A DNA stretch of 64,000 nt from the NCBI GenBank assembly GCA_035273325.1, contig DATEPF010000236.1, positions 254-64,253 of the forward strand. The letters are read 5' to 3'. Shown here piece after piece: positions 1 through 9,304 of the stretch (within the stretch, counting starts at the first letter, position 1; each line of letters opens with the position of its first letter). The notes under the pieces were generated by a model that searched no databases, was not told the DNA's origin, and saw nothing but the letters and a program-made list of their open reading frames with translations. The translations under genes were made by a program, and so were the position numbers. Source of the stretch: Pyrinomonadaceae bacterium (GTDB taxonomy: Bacteria > Acidobacteriota > Blastocatellia > Pyrinomonadales > Pyrinomonadaceae).

Positions 1-1
1 G

Positions 2-2266
2 TTCACCATTACGGGAACGCGCTTCATTGATTATGGCAACCGCGCGTTTTTCGGAAAGACTCCCTGGTCCGCGCCATATTCATGGATCATGGTTGGCGGA
101 GCGGCAACGATTGATAGCGCATCGGCATGGCGTGAAATTGTGATTCGGGATGTGTTTCTCGATGAAGGCGCATTCGTCGGCTTAAGTCTGCGGCCCGATC
201 TCTTTCCCCCGAGCGGACCCATCGATTTGTTCTTTGTCTCGGGTCTTCGCATGAATGTGACCAACTTGGGCTCCTATGGACACTATCTCCTTCAGGCCCG
301 CCGGTTGTTCATTGAAGACTCGCATTACGGCTGGAGCCACAACTCGAGCGGCGCAATGCACATCGCTTCATCCGGCGAAGTGATTCTGGACCAACTGGAG
401 TGTGTCGATGACGCCTACCGAATTTCTGCTGATAGCGAAACCGGAAAACTAACGGTCATCAACTCGATCTACCAGGAGTTGGATTCAGATGCGCAGATTA
501 CTAATGTTCTGAATACCAGTCCCGGCGACGATCCGGTTGAGATCGTGCGTCAACAATTTCTCACCTCAACAAGTCAGGAGCCCGAGCCGGCAGCGCTCTT
601 TTACTGGACCAGTCTGCTGCTCAATTGTGGAACAGATGTTCAGTGCCAGCAGCAAACCCGCGGCGCTTTGGCCACGTTTTTGGGTGATCAACCGGAGACA
701 AGATTCACGATCTCGGGGCATGTGCGGGAAAGCGACGGCACAAGCGTGGCCGGAGCAACCGTGACGTTGAACAATTTGGTCTCAGTTCAAACCGACAGCA
801 ACGGCTTCTATTCGTTTGCGAACCTGCCTACGAGCGGGAGTTATACAGTGGCCGTGGCCAGAAACAATTATACATTCACGCCGGCGAGCCAGGTCATTAC
901 TACTCCGATCAGCAATCACGTCCTGGAATTTACCGGAGTGATGCGCACCTTCGTACTCGAGGGCTATTTGATTCATCAGAATGGTTGGCAGGGAATCCCA
1001 AATATAAATGTAACGCTAACGGGACCTGCGATCAGCGCAGTAACTTCTGACAGTAGCGGTCTATTCAGGTTCGACCAAGTTCGGGCCGAGGGCACGCACG
1101 TTGTCACACCAGAGAGTCCATTTTTTTCCTTCCAACCCCAGAGCGTTACGTACAATGGCCTAGGTCAGAATACGCGTACCCCTAACATTGTCGGCACACG
1201 TATCAAGTATACGATCAGCGGCGCCACGGGACTTCCCGGCACATTGTTGAATCTCAGCGGCGATGCGTCGGCTACGGTTACCAGCGGCGCGGATGGTAAT
1301 TACTCTTTCCTGGTAGACGCCGGTTTAAACTACACGATAATCGCCAGCAAACAGCACTACACTTTTTCACCGGCCATCCGGGTATTTCAGGCAATTAGCG
1401 GCAATCGAACCGGCGAAAATTTTGCGCCCACACTTAACACCCACACAATCGGCGGCAACGCCGGCATAAGCGGAATAACGATTACTCTCAGCGGGAGCGC
1501 GAGCGCCTCAACAATATCGGGCGCGAATGGAGCTTATAGTTTTACTGTGAATGCCGGAGGTAATTACACGGTTACGCCGTCGAAGACGCACTATACCTTC
1601 ACGCCCGCTAGTCAATCGATTATAGACTTGAGCGGGAACGTTACCTTCAACTTCACCCCGGTGCTGAACAAGCACACGATCAGTGGCAACGCCGGCATGA
1701 GCGGAGTAACGATTACTCTCAGCGGGAGCGCTAACGCGAGTACGATTACGGATTCGGGTGGTGCTTATTCACACACGGTTGATGCTGGTGGGAACTACAC
1801 TTTGACGGCCACCAAGGACAATTACGCATTCTCGCCGGCCAGCTATTCATTCACCAACGTCTTTGAAAATATCCCGTTGGTGAATTTCTCGGGCAAGCCG
1901 GTTCCAATGCTCCTAACCGAACCCAATTCTACGAAGGCCATTGCGCTGGACTCAGCGACCTGGATCGGTGAGCCATTTTCACTTTCCGGAAATCATCTGA
2001 GCCCCGACGGGCTTACACGGGTCATGGTCTTTGCCGGCAATATCGATCTTCCTGCTGGCTTACCAATCATTGCGCAGGCCCAAGATTCACAACAGCGCAT
2101 CACCCCGCTTATCGTTGAGTACGCCGGGATGGTGCCGGGCACTAACGGGTTGACTCAGATTAACGTCAAATTGCCGAGTGAGCTCAGTGGTAACGACCGG
2201 GTTTGGCTTAGCGTGATTGTGAATGGCGTGCCCAGCAACCAAGCTTTGATCCTGCTTAAACCCTGA
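2..2266 (+). CDS. Large secreted/surface repeat protein, 5' end off the window: DUF4214-like segment, about 6 CarboxypepD_reg/Cna-B-like beta-sandwich repeats, TIGR03437 (Solibacter-type) C-terminal domain
   Basis: Frame 2 is open from nt 2, with no stop before the listed Met at 89, so the gene starts upstream. Repeats are of the form 'ISGHVRESDGTSVAGATVTL..TDSNGFYSFANLPTSGSYTV..NYTFTP'. 'EPEPAALFYWTSLLLNCG' is DUF4214-like. The tail 'PLIVEYAGMVPGTNGLTQINVKLPSEL..VWLSVIVNGVPSNQALI' resembles TIGR03437. Confidence 0.7.
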   Translation, partial: FTITGTRFIDYGNRAFFGKTPWSAPYSWIMVGGAATIDSASAWREIVIRDVFLDEGAFVGLSLRPDLFPPSGPIDLFFVSGLRMNVTNLGSYGHYLLQARRLFIEDSHYGWSHNSSGAMHIASSGEVILDQLECVDDAYRISADSETGKLTVINSIYQELDSDAQITNVLNTSPGDDPVEIVRQQFLTSTSQEPEPAALFYWTSLLLNCGTDVQCQQQTRGALATFLGDQPETRFTISGHVRESDGTSVAGATVTLNNLVSVQTDSNGFYSFANLPTSGSYTVAVARNNYTFTPASQVITTPISNHVLEFTGVMRTFVLEGYLIHQNGWQGIPNINVTLTGPAISAVTSDSSGLFRFDQVRAEGTHVVTPESPFFSFQPQSVTYNGLGQNTRTPNIVGTRIKYTISGATGLPGTLLNLSGDASATVTSGADGNYSFLVDAGLNYTIIASKQHYTFSPAIRVFQAISGNRTGENFAPTLNTHTIGGNAGISGITITLSGSASASTISGANGAYSFTVNAGGNYTVTPSKTHYTFTPASQSIIDLSGNVTFNFTPVLNKHTISGNAGMSGVTITLSGSANASTITDSGGAYSHTVDAGGNYTLTATKDNYAFSPASYSFTNVFENIPLVNFSGKPVPMLLTEPNSTKAIALDSATWIGEPFSLSGNHLSPDGLTRVMVFAGNIDLPAGLPIIAQAQDSQQRITPLIVEYAGMVPGTNGLTQINVKLPSELSGNDRVWLSVIVNGVPSNQALILLKP
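1427..1888 (+). repeat. Tandem in-frame duplication (2 x 231 bp, 77 aa each) inside the surface protein
   Basis: Unit A (1427-1657) encodes 'PTLNTHTIGGNAGISGITITLSGSASASTISGANGAYSFTVNAGGNYTVTPSKTHYTFTPAS'. Unit B (1658-1888) encodes 'PVLNKHTISGNAGMSGVTITLSGSANASTITDSGGAYSHTVDAGGNYTLTATKDNYAFSPAS'. At the DNA level 'ggcaacgccggcat.agcgga.taacgattactctcagcgggagcgc' is nearly identical in both units. Confidence 0.85.
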
Positions 2267-2540
2267 ATTCGTCAAGGTTGCTTCACGCTTATATTAAGGA
2301 TGGGTGGGCCGCCGAATGGAGTCAACCGCGCGCGTCGGATCCTCGCACCGTCACGCCAACAACACCGGTGACTACAAACTGATAACGTTCGCGCGGAAGG
2401 CGCACGTTTGTCCGCCAGAGTGAGGGCGGCAACTCAGTGACTTTCTATCACGGCGTAGCATAAATTTGAACCGCTTAGAGCAGTCTCTTTACCTCTCGCA
2501 CGCAGCGCACTTATTCCGTGACCTTGTTTGTGACCGCTAG

Positions 2541-2909
2541 AACCGCACCCTGTCGGCCTATACCTCGAACACCTACGCCGATAACCTCGCGCTGGCAGAC
2601 CGCACGCTCGGCAAGCTGCGGCGCGAGATGGAGGCTGCGGACCTTTGGGACGATACCGTCATCGTCACCTCTGATCACTGGTGGCGCACGCCGTCTGACG
2701 GCCACATTGACCAGTGCGTCCCCTTCATCGTCAAAGTTCCGGGCCAACGGGAAGGGTCGTCTTACGCGACAGCCTTCAACACTGTGGTAACGCGCGCGCT
2801 AATCCTCGCCTTGTTGCGCGGGGAAGTGACAGACCCGCCGGGTCTCGTGCGTTGGCTGGGTCAGAACCGCTCTGATGCGCAGCCCCTCGGCGGACTCACT
2901 GTGCGTTAA
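2541..2909 (+). pseudogene. C-terminal remnant of a sulfatase / alkaline-phosphatase-superfamily gene (LTA-synthase / phosphoethanolamine-transferase-like)
   Basis: The frame opens right after a TAG at 2538-2540 and reads 'NRTLSAYTSNTYADNLALADRTLGKLRREMEAADLWDDTVIVTSDHWWR..VPFIVKVPGQ'. The pattern Y..D..lG.l...l...g.wDdT.iv.tSDH is the conserved C-terminal sulfatase-fold signature. The N-terminal catalytic half is absent, and 2267-2540 has no ORF. Confidence 0.6.
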
Positions 2910-2976
2910 GGGAAATTGGGATGAATTGCAGCAGGCGCTAAACGTTCCGCGCAATAGGAGTCTTTGACGCGGCAAA

Positions 2977-4041
2977 TTAACGAGAGGGCATCGCCGCGGC
3001 GGCGCCGAGCAGCTTGAAGTTTCCCCCTTCTTTAATCGACTCCTGTGCAGCTTCGAGAATTCTAACCACGCGCAAACCTGCTTCGCCGTCAGTCAGAGGC
3101 TTACGATGACTGCGAATTGAATCGAGAAACTCCGCGACGACATGACGTAAGGCTTCGGTTGAGTCGATTTTTGGCGCCCACACGTCGCCGGTGCGATAAC
3201 TCACCAGCGTTTGATAGTCGGCTTCGCGATCGCCAACGCGGTTCGCCGTCACACCTTTGTCGTAAACGCGCACCTTCTCAGTCGGTTCAATGTCGTCGTA
3301 GAGAATCATTTTGCGCGCGCCGGCGATCAAGGTGCGGCGAATCTTCACCGGCGCCAGCCAGTTGAAATGAAAGTGCGCGATGAAGTCGTCCGCGAACTTC
3401 ATAACCAGATAAGCGATATTTTCGATGCCCGGCTCGATGTGACAACTGCCGAGCGCGCTGACGCCGATCGGTTGCCGGTCGATTAAATAGTCCATGATTG
3501 AAAGATCGTGTGGGGCGAGGTCCCAGAGCACGTTGATGTCGCGCTGAAACAATCCCAGATTGATGCGCACCGAATCGAAGTAGAGCAACTCGCCGAATTC
3601 ACCGCTGTTGAGAATCTCTTTCATCTTGCGCACGGCGCCGGTGTACACGAACGTGTGATCGACCATCAACGTCAGCTGCTTCCGTTCCGCCAGTTCGATC
3701 AATGCTTCGGCTTCGCCCACGGTGGCAGTCAGAGGTTTTTCGACCAGTACATGTTTGCCGGCAAGCAGAGCTTCTTTCGCGATTTGGTAATGCGTGGCGA
3801 CCGGTGTGACGATGGCCACCGCGTCCAGCTCAGAATCAGCGAACAGGATTCGATAGTCGGTGGTCGTGCGTGCGGCAGGGTAGCGCCGGCCCATTGCTGC
3901 AACCCGGCTCTCGTCTGTGTCACAAATCCAAACTAGCTGCGCTGCCTCATTCTCGGCAAAGTTGCGCAGCAGATTCGGGCCCCAATATCCACAGCCAATC
4001 ACGCCGACAGTCGTCATTCGTTCGGAGAGGATAGCGGTCAT
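2977..4041 (-). CDS. Gfo/Idh/MocA-family NAD-dependent sugar-nucleotide dehydrogenase (WbpB/WlbA-like 3-dehydrogenase candidate)
   Basis: Rossmann N-terminus 'VGVIGCGYWGPNLLRNF' and 'HVLVEKPLTATVGEAEAL' (EKP motif). It shares an operon with a DegT aminotransferase and an LbH acetyltransferase. Confidence 0.75.
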   Translation of the reverse strand: MTAILSERMTTVGVIGCGYWGPNLLRNFAENEAAQLVWICDTDESRVAAMGRRYPAARTTTDYRILFADSELDAVAIVTPVATHYQIAKEALLAGKHVLVEKPLTATVGEAEALIELAERKQLTLMVDHTFVYTGAVRKMKEILNSGEFGELLYFDSVRINLGLFQRDINVLWDLAPHDLSIMDYLIDRQPIGVSALGSCHIEPGIENIAYLVMKFADDFIAHFHFNWLAPVKIRRTLIAGARKMILYDDIEPTEKVRVYDKGVTANRVGDREADYQTLVSYRTGDVWAPKIDSTEALRHVVAEFLDSIRSHRKPLTDGEAGLRVVRILEAAQESIKEGGNFKLLGAAAAMPSR

Positions 4042-4102
4042 TGGAACAAAAGTGAAAAACGCCTACTGGTGCAGTTGGTTGTCTGTTGGAATGATTGCAC
4101 GG

Positions 4103-4864
4103 TTAGTCGCCCATTTTCTTACAGACGTAGAATCGTTCCGGCTGAAAAGCGTAACGCCGGTATTCTTCTTCAGCGAGCCTGAAGTTCATCGCCTGCACGA
4201 TTAACCCGGCTTGCGCAAGCCGCTCCTCAAAGTCGTCGCCGTACATACGCCAGTGTCCAGACTGCAAAGGATCAGGATAACCATACTCGCTTGTCGTGGT
4301 TCCGAGCTTCATCGGTACTGACACAATCAATTCACCCGATCCAGGACGTAGAACTCGATGCAGTTCTCGAATCGCCGCGCGGTCATCCTTTATGTGTTCA
4401 AGAACATGGTGACACCACACAAGGTCGATTGAACTCGATTCAACCGGCAATTCCTTAACGTCCGCGAGAATCTCTATGCCGCGCGACGCTCTTATATCGA
4501 TCCCATAAACCTTCAGATGCGCCGCCTTCTCCCAGACGGGGGCTAAGGCCTTCTCGGGCGCGAAGATTAAAGCCACGCCACTTTTTTGTTCCAACTCAAA
4601 CTCGCGTGCCAGCCAAAGAGATAAGTAGCGGTGCCTGGGGTGGCTCTCGCACTGTGGGCACACAACGTTGCGACCGGAATAGCCGACCTCGATATAGTCA
4701 TGAAAATGCCTTCCTCGCCATCCGCAACAGGGACACACTACTTTCGCGGGCAGTAGTTTGTTGCCAAACTCTACCCGAACGCGGGACATGACCACCCGTC
4801 CCAGCAGTCTCGTGGTAACCACGACTCCGTGATCGTTGAGCTGCTGACTAACCCAGCCTAACAT
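4103..4864 (-). CDS. Class I SAM-dependent methyltransferase with N-terminal Cys4 zinc-ribbon
   Basis: 'VVCPCCGWRG..VVCPQCESHP' gives two CxxC pairs. 'IDLVWCHHVLEHIKDDRAAIRELHRVLRPGSGELIVSVP' is a typical Methyltransf_11-type core. Confidence 0.7.
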   Translation of the reverse strand: MLGWVSQQLNDHGVVVTTRLLGRVVMSRVRVEFGNKLLPAKVVCPCCGWRGRHFHDYIEVGYSGRNVVCPQCESHPRHRYLSLWLAREFELEQKSGVALIFAPEKALAPVWEKAAHLKVYGIDIRASRGIEILADVKELPVESSSIDLVWCHHVLEHIKDDRAAIRELHRVLRPGSGELIVSVPMKLGTTTSEYGYPDPLQSGHWRMYGDDFEERLAQAGLIVQAMNFRLAEEEYRRYAFQPERFYVCKKMGD

Positions 4865-5043
4865 CGCAAGTTGTTAATCGCGCCAGACCAAACACTAACG
4901 CTTCAACTTATTAGGTCGAGCGCCTGGCGTCACCAAGTCCAACCGATTTTTCAAGAATTTGCCGCAAAGCGAAGTAAGAGCGATCCAACTTAATCATAAC
5001 TTACCCTGTAAGTTCTTATTGCGAGGATCGCATTGTGACCTTT

Positions 5044-6192
5044 TTAGATTTGAGCGGCGACATGTCCCTGTTGCTCATGGCTCAGCTCAGGAAACATTGG
5101 CAGCGACAAAACCCTTTCGGAGAGTTGCTCAGTCGCCGGTAGGTCACCAGGTTTATAGCCGAGCAATCCGTAAGCAGGCTGCAGATGAATTGGAATTGGA
5201 TAGTGCACGCCCGTTTGAATGCCGGCGGCAGCCAGTCGCTTCTGCAACTCGTCACGATTATCCGATTGCACAGCGTAAACGTGGTAGACGTGGCGCGCGT
5301 AATCCATCTCACCCGGCAAAACCAGACCGGAATCTTTCAATAATTCGTTGTACGCCGCAGCGTGGGCGCGACGCTGGTTGTTCCAGTCATCCAAGTGAGG
5401 GAGTTTCACGTTGAGCACGGCCGCCTGAATCTCTTCCATGCGAAAGTTGTAGCCAACAATCGCATGCGCGTATTTGCTGGTTGAGCCGTGATCACGCAGC
5501 AGGCGCAATCTCGTCGCCAGATCTTCATCGTTGGTAACGATGGCGCCGCCTTCGCCATATGTGCCAAGGTTCTTGCTCGGATAAAAACTGAAGCAGCCCG
5601 CGTGACCCAACGGCCCAACGCGCTTGCCTTTGTATTCCGCGCCGTGCGCCTGGGCCGCGTCTTCGATGATTTGCAGGTTGTGTTGTTCGGCAACCGCCAA
5701 AATCGGATTGAGGTCTGCCGTCTGACCGTAAAGATGCACGGGAATGATCGCGCGTGTGCGCGGCGTGATTGCCTTCTCGATCGCGGAAGCCGTAACAGTG
5801 TAAGAGATTGGATCGATGTCTACGAAGACCGGCGTCGCGCCCAAAACGGAAACAGCTTCAGCCGTCGCAAAGAAAGTAAACGACGGCACAATCACTTCGT
5901 CGTCCCTGCCAATGCCGCACGCCATAAGCGCCAGCTGCAGCGCCGCGGTGCCGTTGTTGACGCCGACGCAGAAACGCGCACCGAGATACTCCGCGAAAGC
6001 TTTCTCGAACGCGGCCACTTCAAAGCCCATGACGAAAGCCGTGTTTTCAACGACACGTGCGATCGCCATGTCCACTTCGGCTTTTATCGATTGGTACTGC
6101 GCTTTGAGATCGACGAAGGGGACCGATTGATTTCGTATTTCGGATTTCGAATTGCGATTTTGGTCTGAACTTGCTGCGAATGGTTGTGACAT
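5044..6192 (-). CDS. DegT/DnrJ/EryC1/StrS-family PLP-dependent sugar aminotransferase
   Basis: 'VPFVDLKAQYQSIKAEVD', 'NGTAALQLAL', and 'CFSFYPSKNLGTYGEGGAIVTND' carrying the PLP-lysine motif. Confidence 0.9.
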   Translation of the reverse strand: MSQPFAASSDQNRNSKSEIRNQSVPFVDLKAQYQSIKAEVDMAIARVVENTAFVMGFEVAAFEKAFAEYLGARFCVGVNNGTAALQLALMACGIGRDDEVIVPSFTFFATAEAVSVLGATPVFVDIDPISYTVTASAIEKAITPRTRAIIPVHLYGQTADLNPILAVAEQHNLQIIEDAAQAHGAEYKGKRVGPLGHAGCFSFYPSKNLGTYGEGGAIVTNDEDLATRLRLLRDHGSTSKYAHAIVGYNFRMEEIQAAVLNVKLPHLDDWNNQRRAHAAAYNELLKDSGLVLPGEMDYARHVYHVYAVQSDNRDELQKRLAAAGIQTGVHYPIPIHLQPAYGLLGYKPGDLPATEQLSERVLSLPMFPELSHEQQGHVAAQI

Positions 6193-6213
6193 AGTTGGAT
6201 GTAGTAAAGGGTT

Positions 6214-6708
6214 TCAATCCGAATTTCGCAGACCACAATTCGCAATTATTCTCGCCGGATTGCCGGCCACGGTTGCTCCCGCGGGAACATCTTTCGTGAC
6301 GACGGCCCCGGCGCCGACGATGGCGCCCTGGCCAATTGTGACTCCGCACAAGATGGTAGCATTGCTGCCGATGCTGGCCTTCAATCGCACCATCGTTGGC
6401 ACTACTTTCCAGTCACTTTCAGTTTGTAAGGCGCCGGTTTCACTTGTTGCGCGCGGATACTTGTCGTTGATGAAAACCACACCATGACCGATGAAGACTT
6501 CGTCTTCGAGATGGACACCTTCGCAGATAAAACTGTGGCTGGAGATTTTACAATTGCGCCCAACGTGCGCGCCTTTCTGAATCTCAACAAACGATCCGAT
6601 GGACGTACCATCGCCGATTTCGCAGCCGTAGAGATTTACGAAATGATGAATTTTTACGTCGCGCCCGAGCTTAACGTCAGGAGCGATCACACAGAATTGA
6701 CCCGGCAT
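6214..6708 (-). CDS. Left-handed beta-helix (hexapeptide) sugar N-acetyltransferase (WbpD/WlbB-like)
   Basis: Hexapeptide repeats '[42 protein letters not shown]'. It is adjacent to the aminotransferase. Confidence 0.8.
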   Translation of the reverse strand: MPGQFCVIAPDVKLGRDVKIHHFVNLYGCEIGDGTSIGSFVEIQKGAHVGRNCKISSHSFICEGVHLEDEVFIGHGVVFINDKYPRATSETGALQTESDWKVVPTMVRLKASIGSNATILCGVTIGQGAIVGAGAVVTKDVPAGATVAGNPARIIANCGLRNSD

Positions 6709-6760
6709 GAATCCGAAAGCCTGGCAGAGATATGGGGTAACTCAAGGCGCGTTGCCGCGC

Positions 6761-9142
6761 TCATCCCGAAGCTGCGCCAGCGCTTTCCTTACCTCCGTCG
6801 TCGCCGTAATCCTCGTGCGATTGATAATAGGAGGAGTAGTAGCCCGCGGCGTAATAATAATCTGGTGACTCAACCTTGACATTGTTGAGAACCACTCCAA
6901 AAATTCGCGCCCCTACATCTGTCAACTGCTGTCGCGCCCGCCGGACTACTGCGCGAGAGCTGCGGCCGCCATGGACGACGAGAATGACGCCATCAACAAA
7001 GGTGGAAATTATGGAGGCGTCTGTGAAGGAGATCACAGGCGGAGAGTCAACTACGATGTGCGCGAACCTCCCGGATAACGAGGCGAGTAAATCGCGCATT
7101 TTGTCCGAGCCGAGCAGTTCAGCAGGGTTTGGCGGTATCGGACCCGAGGTAAGCAGCTTTAAGTTTGGCGCCTTGTCGTACGTTTGCAGCACGTCATCAA
7201 GCGCAAATTCCCCCGACAAGTAGTTTGTCAGTCCGCGGGTGTTCGACAGGTTAAAGTTTGAGTGAAGCCGCGGCCGGCGCAAATCGCAATCTATGATTAG
7301 AACTTCAGCGCCGGTCTGGGACAACGTGATTGCAGTGTTTATGGCTGTAGTTGTCTTCCCTTCGGAAGGCTGGCTTGAAGTAACCAGAATTGTCTTTGGC
7401 GGCGAACCGGCGGACGAGAGCAGCAGCGACGTTCGCAGGTGGCGGTAGGCTTCTGAAACTGGTGACCGAACGTCACCCATCATCGCGAGTGCGGTCGAAT
7501 CACCCGGGCTGGTTGCTGGAGTCGACCCGGCGCCCAGTCTTGGCTTTTCCTTACCGGCGGAGGGAATCATTGCCAGAGCGGGTAGATTAAGGTAGTGGTC
7601 TATATCGTTAAGTGATTTGATCGAATCATCGAGAAAATCGAGCAAGAACGCCAATCCAACTCCCGCCACTAACGAAAGTAAAAAGGCCAATACGATATTG
7701 CGCATCCGCTGCGGCCCGATAGGCGTCTGGGGCAACCGACTGCGAGTCGCCACCGAAACATTGGTGCCGGTGTCGCGGGCGGTCGCACCCAAATCGCGCT
7801 GTTTTTGCAGCAGCGTATTTAGATACTGCTCGTCGGTTTCCAGGTCTTGAGTCATGGCGGCCAGATCGATCTCGGCCTTTGTCTGGTTCGTAGTCTTCCC
7901 GTGCTGTCTCTCGTAAGCGGCAACCAAACTTCTTTCGGTGGCCTCAGCGGCTTCGTAACGCTTCTTCATTGAAGCCAGAACCTGCTCCGGAGCTTTAACC
8001 AGGTCAGCTTCGGTCGCCTTTATTTGCGCGTCAATTTTTTTCACTTCCGGCCATTCCGGAGTGTAGAGCTGGAGCAAAGCATCCCTTGTCTCTTTCAAGT
8101 CGCTAAGCTTTTCTCGCAGCTTTCCAATCAGTGCGTCTTTTTGAACCTCGGGATTGGTAAGCGGGTCGTCGGTGAGCCGGGCTGCCTCATACTCAGCCTT
8201 TAGCGTTCGGCGCATGTTTTCGGCGGCCAACAATTGCGAGCCATAGGTGCGCTCTTTTTCCGACTCGAGGTTGATTGCCGTAGGCGTGAGCGGCAAACCA
8301 TTTTGCTTGGCATAATTAAACCGCGCGTCTCGTTGGGTCTTAACTTTTTCCTGGTACTTGGCTATTGCCTGGGCCAGGGAAATCTCCGCTTTGCTTGTTC
8401 CAATTTCCTGCCGCTCAAGATTGTTCTGGACAAAAACGTCGCCGAAGGTGTTGACGATCGCCTGGGCCAGATGCGGGTTGGTATGCTCATAGTAAAGCGT
8501 GACGAGATTGGTTTTCCCAATAGTTACAACGTCCAAGTTCGCTATAAGTGCGTCCTCGTAGGCCTCAAGCTTCCTAAGATCCTCGGCAGAAAGCTGCTTC
8601 TCCTTCATTTCGTTTTCGCCGACGGGTTGTGGGTTGGGATTACCACCCTGAGGCTCTGCGACCTTTTTCTCACCGGAAAAGATTCGCTTCAGCGATGGGA
8701 AGACGCCGGTCTCAGCATGACCACTCAGAAAAGCAGGATTGTTTGGCAGATCCAGCGTCAGGGCCACCTGGCGGGCCAGCGAGGGGTTCTGGAGTAACTG
8801 TATTTGCGTCCCCCAAAAGTTGGGGTCGGTTTGATTGAAGACGAGCGCTCCAGTTTGGAGAACGCTTGCCGGCCTTGGTTCGACGCGAATCGTGGCGATG
8901 CCCTGATAGATCGAGGGTTCGCGATAAGCCTGAATCGCCACCAGCGAAGTAACCACCAGGACCATACTCAGGATAAGCCACTTACGCTTTAGTACTACGA
9001 AAAGGTATTCCCGAAAAGTAGTCTCGGGCCGGCTGCCGTAGCCGGCATATTTTCCGAATGGTTTTCCCCGTGTGATTTCAGCGAGAGGAGTGTCTAAATC
9101 GCGTTGGGGACGCATTGGGAGTAACCGTTCATCTTGCATCAT
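6761..9142 (-). CDS. wzc: Wzc/GumC-type polysaccharide co-polymerase fused to a BY-kinase (CpsD/CapB P-loop) with a Tyr-rich tail
   Basis: N-terminal TM segment, a long coiled-coil periplasmic region, and a second TM segment 'IVLAFLLSLVAGVGLAFLL'. P-loop 'VTSSQPSEGKTTTAINTA' and 'VLIIDCDLRRP'. C-terminal 'PDYYYAAGYYSSYYQSHEDY'. Confidence 0.85.
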   Translation of the reverse strand: MMQDERLLPMRPQRDLDTPLAEITRGKPFGKYAGYGSRPETTFREYLFVVLKRKWLILSMVLVVTSLVAIQAYREPSIYQGIATIRVEPRPASVLQTGALVFNQTDPNFWGTQIQLLQNPSLARQVALTLDLPNNPAFLSGHAETGVFPSLKRIFSGEKKVAEPQGGNPNPQPVGENEMKEKQLSAEDLRKLEAYEDALIANLDVVTIGKTNLVTLYYEHTNPHLAQAIVNTFGDVFVQNNLERQEIGTSKAEISLAQAIAKYQEKVKTQRDARFNYAKQNGLPLTPTAINLESEKERTYGSQLLAAENMRRTLKAEYEAARLTDDPLTNPEVQKDALIGKLREKLSDLKETRDALLQLYTPEWPEVKKIDAQIKATEADLVKAPEQVLASMKKRYEAAEATERSLVAAYERQHGKTTNQTKAEIDLAAMTQDLETDEQYLNTLLQKQRDLGATARDTGTNVSVATRSRLPQTPIGPQRMRNIVLAFLLSLVAGVGLAFLLDFLDDSIKSLNDIDHYLNLPALAMIPSAGKEKPRLGAGSTPATSPGDSTALAMMGDVRSPVSEAYRHLRTSLLLSSAGSPPKTILVTSSQPSEGKTTTAINTAITLSQTGAEVLIIDCDLRRPRLHSNFNLSNTRGLTNYLSGEFALDDVLQTYDKAPNLKLLTSGPIPPNPAELLGSDKMRDLLASLSGRFAHIVVDSPPVISFTDASIISTFVDGVILVVHGGRSSRAVVRRARQQLTDVGARIFGVVLNNVKVESPDYYYAAGYYSSYYQSHEDYGDDGGKESAGAASG

Positions 9143-9192
9143 AATTTCAGAAACCTATCTCTTGAGTTCTAGCGCTTCGGCACAGAGTTGAC

Positions 9193-9220
9193 ATGATACC
9201 AGACCGCGGCTCTCAGGCAA
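9193..9220 (-). promoter_or_regulatory. Candidate sigma70-like promoter for the wzc operon (TTGCCT-N16-TATCAT on the minus strand)
   Basis: Plus-strand 'atgata' at 9193-9198 and 'aggcaa' at 9215-9220 give, on the minus strand, TTGCCT, a 16-nt spacer, then TATCAT. This lies about 50 nt upstream of the wzc ATG at 9142. Confidence 0.25.
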
Positions 9221-9304
9221 GCCGATACCAGACATTCGGCAGTATAATTGGCGCGCATGGCAAGGCCCGGCGAACGCATCCCGTGAAATTACCCCGACGG
9301 GTAT

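Noticed and set aside
5488-6168. Long antisense or alternative-frame ORFs inside genes, for example 5488-6168, 15907-16632, 24224-24862, 30455-30967, 37546-38253, 43911-44486 and 53035-53784.
   Set aside because: All lie opposite or out of frame with strongly supported genes. Their translations are Arg/Pro/Ala-rich with low complexity and show no family motifs. They are typical shadow ORFs in moderately GC-rich DNA.
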